This document shows positions 26,440-36,134 of a stretch of DNA of 64,000 bases, piece by piece. The DNA comes from Minisyncoccota bacterium (GTDB lineage Bacteria > Patescibacteriota > Minisyncoccia > Phycocordibacterales > UBA9973): contig JBAYUN010000001.1 in the NCBI GenBank assembly GCA_041675085.1, positions 9,829 through 73,828 of the forward strand, written 5' to 3'. The notes beneath the pieces were generated by a model, which was given only the letters and a program-made list of their open reading frames with translations, ran no database searches and was not told the origin of the DNA. Numbering within the stretch: position 1 is the first letter of the stretch; every line of letters starts with the position of its first letter. A program made the translations under genes and the position numbers.

Positions 26440-27918
26440 ATGCAAAAGAAAAAAGCGATTGTTATTGGGGCCGGTTTTGGAGGTTTGGCTACGGCTACGG
26501 ACTTGGCGTCTATGGGTTTTGAAGTCACTCTGCTCGAGAAGAACGAGATGGCAGGCGGACGGGCGCGAGTCTTTAAAGAAAAAGGTTTTACTTTTGATAT
26601 GGGGCCTTCTTGGTATATGATGCTTGAATATTTTGAAAGATTTTTTGCTAAGCATGGTCACAAATCTAGCGACTTCTACGAGACAGTATTGCTCGATCCA
26701 TCTTATCGTATCACTTACGAAGACGGCACTCGTGTAGAAATATCTTCAGAGCTAGAGAAAAATATAGCTTTATTTGAAAGTATTGAAAAAGGAGCAGGGG
26801 ATAAGTTGCGTGAATATCTAAAAGAAGCTGAGAGAAAATATCACCTATCGACAGATTTGGTTTTACAAAAAAGTGTCAATAACTTTTTTGATTTTTTCTC
26901 ATTTGAATTATTGACTAAAGCTTCTGGGTTAAATGTTTTCCAAAATCTAGATTCTTATGTAAGGAAATTTTTTAAAGATGAGAAATTGGTACAAATTATA
27001 GAATATATAACTCTATTTTTAGGTAGTAGTCCAAAGCAATTGCCAGCAGTATATTCTCTGATGAACTATGCGGATTTTGTCGGCCGAGTTTGGTACCCTG
27101 TAGGCGGTATGGGGCGCGTAGTAGAAGCTTTTGTAAAAATCGCTCGCGAGCGTGGAGTGAATTTTGTTTTTAATGCTGACGTTACTAAGATAGAAGTTGT
27201 CGATGGTACAGCTCGCGGAGTGTATGTGGGTGATGTATTTCACGAGGCGGATGTTGTAGTCTCGAATGCGGACTATCCTTTTACAGAGACGGTTTTGCTC
27301 GATAAGAAATGGCAGACTTATGATGTGTCATATTGGGATAAGAAAAAGATTTCACCTTCTGCTTTTATCCTTTATATTGGATTGAATAAAAAATTGAAAA
27401 ATGCTCTGCATCACAATTATTTCTTTAGAGAAAATTGGACCAAGCATTTTAAATCTGTTTTCGAAGAACCAGCTTGGGAAGAAAAGCCTTCTTATTATCT
27501 ATGTGTGCCTTCTGTGACCGATACTACGGTCGCTCCGCCTGATTGCGAGAATTTATTCTTCTTAGTACCCGCTGCTCCAGGTTTGGCTGACTCTAGTGAA
27601 TTTAGACAACAATACAGAGATAAAATGATCAAAGAGATAGAGAGTCTAGTAGGTGAGTCTATCGCGGATAATATAATATACGAACGTATCTACGCTCAGT
27701 CTGATTTTGAGAGAGATTATCATGCTCATAAAGGTACTGCACTCGGTATGGCTTTGAATTTAATGCAAACTGGATTCTTCCGTCCTCATAATAAAAGTAA
27801 AAAAGTAAAGAATTTATTCTATGCAGGTCAATATACGCATCCTGGTTGTGGTATGGCTCCTTGTATTATTTCTGGCGAGAATGTAGCGAGAGATATATCA
27901 AAAAAATATGGAAAGTAA
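26440..27918 (+). CDS. crtI: Phytoene desaturase
   Basis: GAGFGG, GGRA...GFTFDMGPSW, SVTD.TVAP and L.QT.FFRP.N...LFYAG..THPG. Confidence 0.93.
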   Translation: MQKKKAIVIGAGFGGLATATDLASMGFEVTLLEKNEMAGGRARVFKEKGFTFDMGPSWYMMLEYFERFFAKHGHKSSDFYETVLLDPSYRITYEDGTRVEISSELEKNIALFESIEKGAGDKLREYLKEAERKYHLSTDLVLQKSVNNFFDFFSFELLTKASGLNVFQNLDSYVRKFFKDEKLVQIIEYITLFLGSSPKQLPAVYSLMNYADFVGRVWYPVGGMGRVVEAFVKIARERGVNFVFNADVTKIEVVDGTARGVYVGDVFHEADVVVSNADYPFTETVLLDKKWQTYDVSYWDKKKISPSAFILYIGLNKKLKNALHHNYFFRENWTKHFKSVFEEPAWEEKPSYYLCVPSVTDTTVAPPDCENLFFLVPAAPGLADSSEFRQQYRDKMIKEIESLVGESIADNIIYERIYAQSDFERDYHAHKGTALGMALNLMQTGFFRPHNKSKKVKNLFYAGQYTHPGCGMAPCIISGENVARDISKKYGK

Positions 27919-28729
27919 TCAAGAAAAAATATTTAAAAACGGCAGTAAAACATTTTTTTATTCTACTTTTTTCTTTCCTGAAACAGCAAAAAAAGATATT
28001 ACTACACTCTATGCTTTCGTGCGTATTGCTGATGATTTCGTAGACGCTACACCTTCTGATAGTGTTGGTTTTTATGATTTTAAAAATAAATATATCAGAG
28101 CTCTTGGTGGCGAGAAGGCAGACTATGAAGTTATTGATGACTTTGTAGTCTTACAAAAAAAATATAATTTTGAACAAGAATGGATAGATGCTTTTTTCTC
28201 GGCTATGGAGTCGGATTTGTATCCTCAGTTTTGTAAAAATGCGACAGATACAGCAAAATATATGTATGGTTCAGCCGAAGTAGTTGGGCTTATGATGTGC
28301 AAGATCTTGAATATTAAAGAGGAGGCTTATGTTTATGCTCGCAAATTAGGCCAGGCTTTTCAGTATATTAATTTTATTCGAGATCTATATGAAGATGAGA
28401 AATTGGGCAGATTGTATTTGCCAGAAGAAAATATTTTGAAATCTGGTATATCAAAACTCTCTATAGAGACAGCTGAAAAAAATAAAATATCCTTTGAGAA
28501 TTTTATGAAAAAAGAGATTAAATATTTTTATCATTTAGTAGATGAAGCTCGTCCAGGTTTTGATTTTATACCTAGACGATATCGTATCCCGATAGTTATC
28601 GCTACCAATCTATACCTGTATACTGCAAAGATTATCGAGAATAATCCGTACATAGTCTACCAACAAAAAGTAAAACCAAATACAAAGAGGATTTTTTATG
28701 AAGCTTTAAAAGTAATAATTACAATTTAA
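27908..28729 (+). CDS. crtB: Phytoene synthase
   Basis: SKTF, LYAFVR.ADDFVD, YMYGSA.VVG and LG.AFQ.INF.RD..ED..LGR.YLP. Confidence 0.93.
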   Translation: MESNQEKIFKNGSKTFFYSTFFFPETAKKDITTLYAFVRIADDFVDATPSDSVGFYDFKNKYIRALGGEKADYEVIDDFVVLQKKYNFEQEWIDAFFSAMESDLYPQFCKNATDTAKYMYGSAEVVGLMMCKILNIKEEAYVYARKLGQAFQYINFIRDLYEDEKLGRLYLPEENILKSGISKLSIETAEKNKISFENFMKKEIKYFYHLVDEARPGFDFIPRRYRIPIVIATNLYLYTAKIIENNPYIVYQQKVKPNTKRIFYEALKVIITI

Positions 28730-28730
28730 A

Positions 28731-29762
28731 ATGCAAGAAAAAGATATAAAAAATAAAATAAATAAATTACAAGTTTTTTTAAAAAAGTTTTTAATCTCAA
28801 CTAAGGTTAAAAATAAAAATATAAACATTTGGCATAAAGATATTGAGACTAAAATATTACCTTTTGCGGTATCTGGTAAAAGTATGAGAGGTTTATTGGT
28901 CATACTTTCTAGTGGTAAAGAAGACTCTAATTCTTTAAAATTAGCTAGTGCTTTAGAGTTGCTCCATACTGCTTTCTTGATTCATGATGATATTATGGAT
29001 CAAGATGAAAAAAGAAGAGGGCTAGACTCTATTTATAATCAATATGCAAAAGAAATTCCTAAGAAAGATTTACATTATGGTATCAGTCAGGCTATTTCTA
29101 TGGGGGATATTCTTTTTTTCTTAACTTTTACTTTGTTGAATAAAATTGAGCATAAGAATAAAGAAAAGTTGGTTAGCTTTTTTGTGAATGAAGTTGTGCG
29201 AGTAGGTTTTGGGCAAATGCAGGATGTTTTTATTGGTTCTTATGCAAAAAACCCAGATTTAGATACTATTATAGATATACATAGATATAAGACTGCTAGA
29301 TATAGTATTAGTTTGCCTTTGGTTTTAGGTTATTATCTTAACGATAAGGATTTTGATCAAAAGATTTTGAATCAGATAATTTTAGCAGGAGAATATCTAG
29401 GTATAGCTTTTCAAATGAAAGATGATGACTTAGGTATTTGGGGTCAAACAGAAAGTACTGGTAAAGGAGTATTGAAAGACGTAAATAAAAATAAAAAAAC
29501 TGCTATTAAATTCTTACTCCTTAAAGAAGTAAATAAAAAAGAGAAAGTTTTTATAGATAATATTTTTGGAAAAGAGAATTTATCTAAGAATGATATATAT
29601 AATCTATTTCAATTATTAGAAAAATACAATATTCAAAAGAAACATAATGAGATTATATCAGAGTATAATAAAAAAGCAGCACAGATAACAAAGAAGCTAC
29701 CAAAACATTATCAAGAAATTTTATTTTTTATTCAAAATTTTAATGATAAAAGAGTTAAATAA
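28731..29762 (+). CDS. crtE: Polyprenyl (GGPP) synthase
   Basis: GK..R, LIHDDIMD.D..RRG, GQ..D, KTA.YS and AFQ.KDD. Confidence 0.85.
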   Translation: MQEKDIKNKINKLQVFLKKFLISTKVKNKNINIWHKDIETKILPFAVSGKSMRGLLVILSSGKEDSNSLKLASALELLHTAFLIHDDIMDQDEKRRGLDSIYNQYAKEIPKKDLHYGISQAISMGDILFFLTFTLLNKIEHKNKEKLVSFFVNEVVRVGFGQMQDVFIGSYAKNPDLDTIIDIHRYKTARYSISLPLVLGYYLNDKDFDQKILNQIILAGEYLGIAFQMKDDDLGIWGQTESTGKGVLKDVNKNKKTAIKFLLLKEVNKKEKVFIDNIFGKENLSKNDIYNLFQLLEKYNIQKKHNEIISEYNKKAAQITKKLPKHYQEILFFIQNFNDKRVK

Positions 29763-30610
29763 TGAATAAATATATCTCACAATTCAATCAGATTTTAAAA
29801 TTATCCCGACCGAGTTTTTGGTTTTATTTAGCTGGGCCGTTTTTTGTGGGTTTTACTTTTGGCAGTGATACTTTGGTCGACTTTAATACTGGATTCTTTT
29901 TGTTATTATTTTATTTTCTCGTCCCATCTAATATTTTGGTTTATAGTATCAATGATCTAGCTGATGAGAAAATAGATATTTTGAATGCTAAAAAAGAAAA
30001 TAAAGAGATACGAGTGGACGGCTCAAATAAAAATCAGGTCAAAATAGCTTTTTATTTTAGTTTACTATGTAGCGCCTTAGTACTTTTTGTTCTCAAAGAC
30101 AATACTAGTATAATGTTGTTTCTAGCTTTTATTTTCCTTAGCATATTCTACAGTTTGCCACCATTACGTTTTAAGACAAAGATTTTTTTAGATTTTATCT
30201 CAAATATTTTATATATTATTCCTGGTATTTTAGGTTTCTATCAAGCGACTTCTGCACTACCTCTAGGGATATTTATTCTGGCTTCAATGTTTTGGGCTTT
30301 CGCTATGCATTTATTCTCAGCTGTAGTAGATATCGAACCAGACACAAAGGCCAACATCCAAACCTCGGCTGTGTATTTAGGCTTTAAGAAAAGTTTGTGG
30401 CTATGCTTTTTGTTTTGGTCTATGTCTTGGTTTTTGATTTTTTATAGTGGAGTATTCAATAATTTTATTTATCTGTTCCTTGTTTATCCATTATTACCTC
30501 TTTATGTTTTACGGAAAAAGAATGTTGATTTAGAGCGGGTGTATTGGTGGTATCCGGTGATAAATATAGTTTTAGGTTTTGTGTTATTTTTATTGGCTTA
30601 TTTTAATTAA
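29762..30610 (+). CDS. UbiA-family lycopene elongase (LyeJ/CrtEb-like)
   Basis: LSRP.FW.YLAGP, Y.IND..D..ID..N.KK, YS.PP.RFKT...D..SN, MH.FSA..DIEPD and YWWYP.IN resemble haloarchaeal LyeJ. Located inside the crt operon. Confidence 0.8.
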   Translation: MNKYISQFNQILKLSRPSFWFYLAGPFFVGFTFGSDTLVDFNTGFFLLLFYFLVPSNILVYSINDLADEKIDILNAKKENKEIRVDGSNKNQVKIAFYFSLLCSALVLFVLKDNTSIMLFLAFIFLSIFYSLPPLRFKTKIFLDFISNILYIIPGILGFYQATSALPLGIFILASMFWAFAMHLFSAVVDIEPDTKANIQTSAVYLGFKKSLWLCFLFWSMSWFLIFYSGVFNNFIYLFLVYPLLPLYVLRKKNVDLERVYWWYPVINIVLGFVLFLLAYFN

Positions 30611-30612
30611 TT

Positions 30613-31350
30613 ATGAAAATTTCAATTGTTATACCTTGTTTAAATGAAGAAGATTTTATACCTTATCTTATTGAAGATCTTAGGAATCAAAGTGTTTTGC
30701 CTTTTGAGATTATCGTAGTCGACGCAGGCTCTACCGATAAAACTTTAGAAAGGGTAAAGAACGATACTTTAGTCAAAGTCTACAATAGACCTCCCAATAT
30801 CGGCGCTCAGAGACAATACGGAGGCGAGCAAGCAACTGGAGACTATTTATTTTTTCTTGATGCTGACGTGAGATTACCGATAGACTTCTTGGAAAAAAGT
30901 ATCATGGAGGTCAAACAAAGAAATTTAGGTATAGCTGCATTTAGGTATGTACCATATGCAAAAGATGAGAATGGAGTTTTGAAACAATCTTCATTACCTA
31001 TTAGTTTTTGTTACAAGTTTTTAGATGTTTTGTTTTTTATATTTCAGAAAATTTCTCCTTCTGGGGCAGGTTCGGGTATTTTCGTTAAAAAAGAAATTTT
31101 TGATAGTAGTCTAGGTTTTAGTAAAAATTTAAAATTTGATGATATTGAGTTTATTAGAAGAGTTGCTCGTTATATAAAATTTGGACAACTTAAAGTACAA
31201 TTATTCGTATCAGATAGAAGATTTGTGAGATATGGAGTTGTTAAAATATTTGTGTCATATTTGGTTTTATCTATATTTTTTATGTTTAATTTGTTTAAAG
31301 CTGCTGAAGTGGTAGAATATAAGTTCTCGGATTATTATAAAAAGAAATAA
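30613..31350 (+). CDS. GT2 glycosyltransferase (possible carotenoid glycosyltransferase)
   Basis: SIVIPCLNEE, VVDAGSTD, FLDAD and S.RRF. Confidence 0.85.
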   Translation: MKISIVIPCLNEEDFIPYLIEDLRNQSVLPFEIIVVDAGSTDKTLERVKNDTLVKVYNRPPNIGAQRQYGGEQATGDYLFFLDADVRLPIDFLEKSIMEVKQRNLGIAAFRYVPYAKDENGVLKQSSLPISFCYKFLDVLFFIFQKISPSGAGSGIFVKKEIFDSSLGFSKNLKFDDIEFIRRVARYIKFGQLKVQLFVSDRRFVRYGVVKIFVSYLVLSIFFMFNLFKAAEVVEYKFSDYYKKK

Positions 31351-31354
31351 ATTT

Positions 31355-33097
31355 ATGAAAATATTATATACATATTTAAGAAAATACTGGAAACTTTGTT
31401 TGGGAGTTTTAATACTGGCTTTAGTGAATCAAGTCTTTTCTTTGATTGACCCTTTGATATTTAGATATATCATCGATGATTATGCTAGCCGACCACTCGA
31501 CTATTCTAGTGTGGAATTTTTTAATGGTGTTGTTAGGCTCTTATTGATTGCTATTGGAGTAGTCTTTGTATCTCGCGTAGCCAAGAATTTTCAAGATTAT
31601 TATTTGAATAAAGTTAGTCAAAAAATAGGTTCTGATATGTATCAAGCGGGAGTCAGGCATTCTTTGTTATTGCCTTATGAAGTTTTTGAAGATCAAAAGA
31701 GTGGAGAGACTTTAGGGATATTACAAAAAGCTCGTACTGATGCTGAAAAATATTTAAATTCAATTATTAATATTGTTTTCGTTTCTTTGATTGGATTTAT
31801 TTTCGTTTCTGTTTATGCTTGGATTGTCTATCCGCCGATAGCTTTGGTTTATATCATGATTCTACCAGTGATAGGTGGGACTAGTTATTTTCTTACTCGA
31901 AAATTAAAACAAGTTCAAAAAAATATCGTGAACGAGACGACACAGCTTGCAGGTTCGACTACTGAATCTTTGCGTAATATTGAGCTTGTAAAAAGCTTGG
32001 GACTTGCTGACCAGGAGATAAATAGATTAAATAAAACTACAGAAAAGATTCTAAATTTAGAATTAAAAAAATTACGTTATGTTCGTAGTATTAGTTTTAT
32101 TCAAGGCACATTAATTAATTTGATTCGTAATGCGATTTTATTATTTTTGCTTTATTTGGTTTTCAAGCAGACTATAACTTTCGGGGAATTTTTCTCTTTG
32201 TACATTTATTCATTCTTTATTTTTGCGCCACTGCAGGAAATAGGAACTGTCATTACCGTATATAGAGAAGCTGAAGTTTCTATGAACAAAATGGGAGATA
32301 TTTTAAACATAGAAAAAGAAGCTATTCCTCAAAGTCCAATTCACTTAGATCGTGTAGACAATATTAAACTTAGTGACGTCTCCTTTAAGTACAAAAATGC
32401 AGTAAATGATGCTCTTGAGAATATATCTTTTGATATTAATAAAGGAGAGACTATTGCTTTTGTAGGACCTTCTGGTTCAGGTAAGACCAGTTTAGTAAAA
32501 TTATTAGTTGGACTTTATCAGCCGAACCAAGGCAAATTGTCTTACAACAATATTCTTAGTACAGATATAGATTTAAATGATTTACGTTCTCAGATAGGTT
32601 TCGTTACTCAAGATACTCAGCTTTTCTCTGGTACTATAAAAGAGAATTTACTTTTCGTAAATCCGAAGGCAACAGATGAAGAAATGTTAGAAGTCTTGCA
32701 TAAAAGTGCTTGTGATGCATTGCTCGCTCGTGCAGAAAAGGGTATCGATACTACTATAGGTGAAGGTGGAGTTAAGATTTCTGGAGGAGAACGTCAGAGA
32801 CTTTCTATTGCTCGGGCTCTATTACGTAAACCTTCGATTTTAGTTTTTGATGAAGCGACCTCGTCACTAGACTCTATTACCGAAGAAGAGATAACCAACA
32901 CAATGAAAACTTTAGATAAAGAAAAAGCTCATCTAACTATTCTTGTTGCCCATAGACTGTCTACTATTATGCACGCAGACAAGATTTATGTTTTAGAAAA
33001 AGGGCGTATTAGTGAGATGGGGCGGCATGAAGATTTGTTAAATCAAAAAGGATTGTACTATGCTATGTGGCGTCAGCAGATAGGAGAGAGGACCTAG
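31355..33097 (+). CDS. ABC exporter, fused permease/ATPase (MsbA-like)
   Basis: TM domain plus GPSGSGKT, ISGGERQ and VFDEATS. Confidence 0.92.
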   Translation: MKILYTYLRKYWKLCLGVLILALVNQVFSLIDPLIFRYIIDDYASRPLDYSSVEFFNGVVRLLLIAIGVVFVSRVAKNFQDYYLNKVSQKIGSDMYQAGVRHSLLLPYEVFEDQKSGETLGILQKARTDAEKYLNSIINIVFVSLIGFIFVSVYAWIVYPPIALVYIMILPVIGGTSYFLTRKLKQVQKNIVNETTQLAGSTTESLRNIELVKSLGLADQEINRLNKTTEKILNLELKKLRYVRSISFIQGTLINLIRNAILLFLLYLVFKQTITFGEFFSLYIYSFFIFAPLQEIGTVITVYREAEVSMNKMGDILNIEKEAIPQSPIHLDRVDNIKLSDVSFKYKNAVNDALENISFDINKGETIAFVGPSGSGKTSLVKLLVGLYQPNQGKLSYNNILSTDIDLNDLRSQIGFVTQDTQLFSGTIKENLLFVNPKATDEEMLEVLHKSACDALLARAEKGIDTTIGEGGVKISGGERQRLSIARALLRKPSILVFDEATSSLDSITEEEITNTMKTLDKEKAHLTILVAHRLSTIMHADKIYVLEKGRISEMGRHEDLLNQKGLYYAMWRQQIGERT

Positions 33098-33146
33098 ATA
33101 TATTTTCTTTCAAAATACAAGCTTTTATGTTAAGCTCTATCGGTAT

Positions 33147-34055
33147 ATGAATAAAATAGATAAAATTTTATTAGGTATGATTTCTATACTTTCTGTATTG
33201 ATTTTAGTATTTTCATTTTATAAATTTGATTTTTCTGTTTTAGGTAATACTCAATATGCAAATATTTTCACATCTGAGAAAGAAGAAGTATTAACACCAA
33301 AGGTGATAAGTATATTAGGTAAAGCCGAGTTGAGTTATCTCGGTAGTACTAGTGAGCGGATTCAGAATATTAAACTTGGGGTAGCGCGTATCAACGGTAC
33401 GATAGTTAAACCCGGAGAAGAATTTTCTTTTAATAAAACTATGGGCCCTGTTTTATCGGCCGACGGATTTCAAGAAGCCAAGTCTTTCTTGAATGGGGAA
33501 GTCGTACTCGGTATCGGAGGAGGAATTTGCCAAGTTTCTACTATTTTGTTTGAAAGTCTTGTGAATGCAGGTTTACCTATATCAGAGCGTCATAACCATA
33601 CTTTTTCTGTATCGTATTATACTACTGGGCTCGACGCGACGGTCTCCCAATCTGGACCTGATTTAAAATTTATAAATGATACAGGTTATGATATTGAAAT
33701 TAAAGGCTACATAACGGAGAATAATACAGCTTTATTTGAAATATATGGAGTCTCAGATGAACGTGTGGTATCTCTTAGTAAAGCTGTCGTGACTAATAAG
33801 ACCAATACTCCACTCACTCAATACGAAGAAACTTCTGATATTAAAAAAGACGGGCAATGCCACAATACTCCACAAGGAGGCTATACTGCACGAGTTCTTT
33901 ATAATGTATTGTATAAAAACGGCATAAATAAAGAGCAAGTATTTGATTCTGTTTATAAGCCTCTGGGGCGTACTTGTTATATTTATACTGATCCATTAAC
34001 TGGCTGTAATTCTACTACTTTGTATAGTCCAAAGACTGGTATGAAATGCGAATAG
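33147..34055 (+). CDS. VanW family protein
   Basis: FSFN..GP, GGGICQVST, ERHNH, GLDATV and DLKF.ND. Confidence 0.9.
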   Translation: MNKIDKILLGMISILSVLILVFSFYKFDFSVLGNTQYANIFTSEKEEVLTPKVISILGKAELSYLGSTSERIQNIKLGVARINGTIVKPGEEFSFNKTMGPVLSADGFQEAKSFLNGEVVLGIGGGICQVSTILFESLVNAGLPISERHNHTFSVSYYTTGLDATVSQSGPDLKFINDTGYDIEIKGYITENNTALFEIYGVSDERVVSLSKAVVTNKTNTPLTQYEETSDIKKDGQCHNTPQGGYTARVLYNVLYKNGINKEQVFDSVYKPLGRTCYIYTDPLTGCNSTTLYSPKTGMKCE

Positions 34056-34120
34056 GGGATTTAAAATAAAAAAGTCGCTTTTTGTAAAAAAGCGACATTT
34101 TTTTTTAATGAACAAAGTTT

Positions 34121-34231
34121 TTATATTATATCGTGTAAGATAATATTAAGAAATACTTTGTTTAAATTTGTAAAATACTCAGGATTTTCTACTGCTTCCA
34201 GATATGATTTGAATACTTCTTCTTTAGTCAT
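34121..34231 (-). CDS. Possible 36 aa peptide
   Basis: MTKEEVFKSYLEAVENPEY..., between a TTGACT-17-TATTCT promoter and the bidirectional terminator at 34068-34105. Confidence 0.35.
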   Translation of the reverse strand: MTKEEVFKSYLEAVENPEYFTNLNKVFLNIILHDII

Positions 34232-34370
34232 GATTTTTTTATTTAAATGGTGATCAATCTTTTTATAGAATACATCTTGTTACTAAATAAGTCAAATACT
34301 TTACTTTTATACCTATCCATGTTATAAATATTTTGATATGTATATTCACAAATAAATTAAATTCAATCAA

Positions 34371-34775
34371 ATGACAAAAATAACTAAAATTATTGAAGCA
34401 AAAAAAATTACAGATTTTTTTAGTTTTGCTTCAGATAACGAAGAGGGTGGTTTCTATTTTTCAAAACTTAAAATAGATAAAAAGACTAAAACATTTAAAT
34501 CCATGGAAGAAGGATTAGTGGCTTTAATCGAATGGAAAAAAATAAAATTAATTAATGAAAATGAAAAATTAGACTTGATTACATTACTAATGAGGTCAAG
34601 TTTGCCGCTTATTTGTACTTCTGAAATAGAGACTAGGGAACAGATTATGGAGAGGTGGAATAATGTTTCTAATAATTTTTTAATTAATTTAAGAATTAAT
34701 AAAAATATATTAAAAAGTACTAAATTAGTTCATGTTCAAGCTAATAAAATTTCTGATAAGAATTTTGCACTATAA
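34371..34775 (+). CDS. Hypothetical protein
   Basis: 134 aa ORF followed by a terminator at 34784-34815. Confidence 0.6.
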   Translation: MTKITKIIEAKKITDFFSFASDNEEGGFYFSKLKIDKKTKTFKSMEEGLVALIEWKKIKLINENEKLDLITLLMRSSLPLICTSEIETREQIMERWNNVSNNFLINLRINKNILKSTKLVHVQANKISDKNFAL

Positions 34776-34861
34776 AAATACTCAAGAGATGCCCCTAAAG
34801 GTATCTCTTTTTTTTATTGTGCTATAATGACTATATTAGTATTAAATAATTATATAAATAT

Positions 34862-35128
34862 ATGATAGACCCAACAAAAGTAGATATCAACGACTTACCA
34901 AAGAAATTCTGTGACGGAGCCCTAGGTACATATAGTAAAGAATCTTTTGCTTTCGTGATGACTTCAGGCAATAACCTAGACGCCTATGCGACTACTCCTC
35001 AAATCATGAAAAGCATAGCTATGTGGATGACTGCGCAAGTAGAGGCTTATGAAAAGCAATTTGGACCGATAGATATGAATCCTCCTCAAATCCAAAGTCC
35101 GCTACAAATGGCAGATTTGAATAACTAG
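34862..35128 (+). CDS. DUF3467-like small protein
   Basis: TPQ.MK.IA.....VEAYEKQFG.I pattern. Confidence 0.6.
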   Translation: MIDPTKVDINDLPKKFCDGALGTYSKESFAFVMTSGNNLDAYATTPQIMKSIAMWMTAQVEAYEKQFGPIDMNPPQIQSPLQMADLNN

Positions 35129-35136
35129 TTTTTACT

Positions 35137-35724
35137 ATGGAATCTTTATCGGTTTATATAATAGAAAATCTAAATAATATCGCACCTGTTTTCCAGATAT
35201 TCTGGATGTCTCTTTTTGCATACCTCGAAGGACTACCTGTAGTGGGTTCTATTTTACCAGGAGGTACTATCGCATTACTCGCTGGTAGTATATCTTCGAC
35301 TGGGTCTTTCTCTCCACTTGTTGCTTTTTTATTTATTGGAATTAGTAATTTCTTGGGAGACATGACTGGATTTTTACTCGGCAAGAAATTCAAGAATAAT
35401 AGTTTTATTAAAAAGTTGGTCGAGAAGGAAAGTCATCAAAAGAATTGGGATCTATTCGATAGGCATATCGCTCTCATTAGTATCTTTGGGAAATTGATTC
35501 CTCTAGTTCGTTCAGTTCCTTCGATATTCGCAGCATTCAGGGGTATCAAGACTCGCCGATATATAACCTATAGTTTTATTGGTTCGTTCTTGTGGTCTTT
35601 TGCTGGAGTGTATTTCGGGAATTTCTTGGCACAAATTTTCGGCAGTAGCGCGATACTGATAATCTTTGGTATCTTACTAATATCTATAGCTTTAGTTGTC
35701 TTTAATTATTTAAAGAAGAAATAA
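35137..35724 (+). CDS. DedA family membrane protein
   Basis: E...VG.ILPG, GD..GF.LG and FGK.IP.VR. Confidence 0.88.
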   Translation: MESLSVYIIENLNNIAPVFQIFWMSLFAYLEGLPVVGSILPGGTIALLAGSISSTGSFSPLVAFLFIGISNFLGDMTGFLLGKKFKNNSFIKKLVEKESHQKNWDLFDRHIALISIFGKLIPLVRSVPSIFAAFRGIKTRRYITYSFIGSFLWSFAGVYFGNFLAQIFGSSAILIIFGILLISIALVVFNYLKKK

Positions 35725-35772
35725 AAACCCCATTAATTTTTAATTAATGGGGTTAAATTTTGAAAATCAAAA

Positions 35773-35970
35773 TTACGAACCTAGCCCAGCACCATCGGGG
35801 TGCTTGCTTTTAATTTTCAATGGTTCTATTTCTTTTTTTAATCTCTCTACTTCTAATTTTTTTTTCTTTTTGTCTTGAAGTTTAAAATCTCCTGAACGAA
35901 TTTCTTTTTTTAATTGGATAATTGTCGCACAAGCAGGTTGTGCTTCTAGGTCATAATGACTAGTATTCAT
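35773..35970 (-). CDS. Small hypothetical protein
   Basis: 65 aa ORF ending at the bidirectional hairpin 35726-35754, with a TTGACA promoter at ~36127. Confidence 0.45.
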   Translation of the reverse strand: MNTSHYDLEAQPACATIIQLKKEIRSGDFKLQDKKKKKLEVERLKKEIEPLKIKSKHPDGAGLGS

Positions 35971-36134
35971 ATTCTAAAAAATTTAAAAATTAAAAAAATA
36001 AATTAAATAAAAATCGGTCTGAGAAAAAATAAAAATTAAGGTGGTAAGACCATACTTTTTTGTTTTTAAAGTTAAAAAATTTTGATAAGAACTATATGAG
36101 AATATTATCTACTTTTTTAGAATTTTGTCAAATT

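Noticed and set aside
26440-31350. Retinal/rhodopsin phototrophy cluster
   Set aside because: No lycopene cyclase, blh or opsin in the window, and the elongase points to C50 products.
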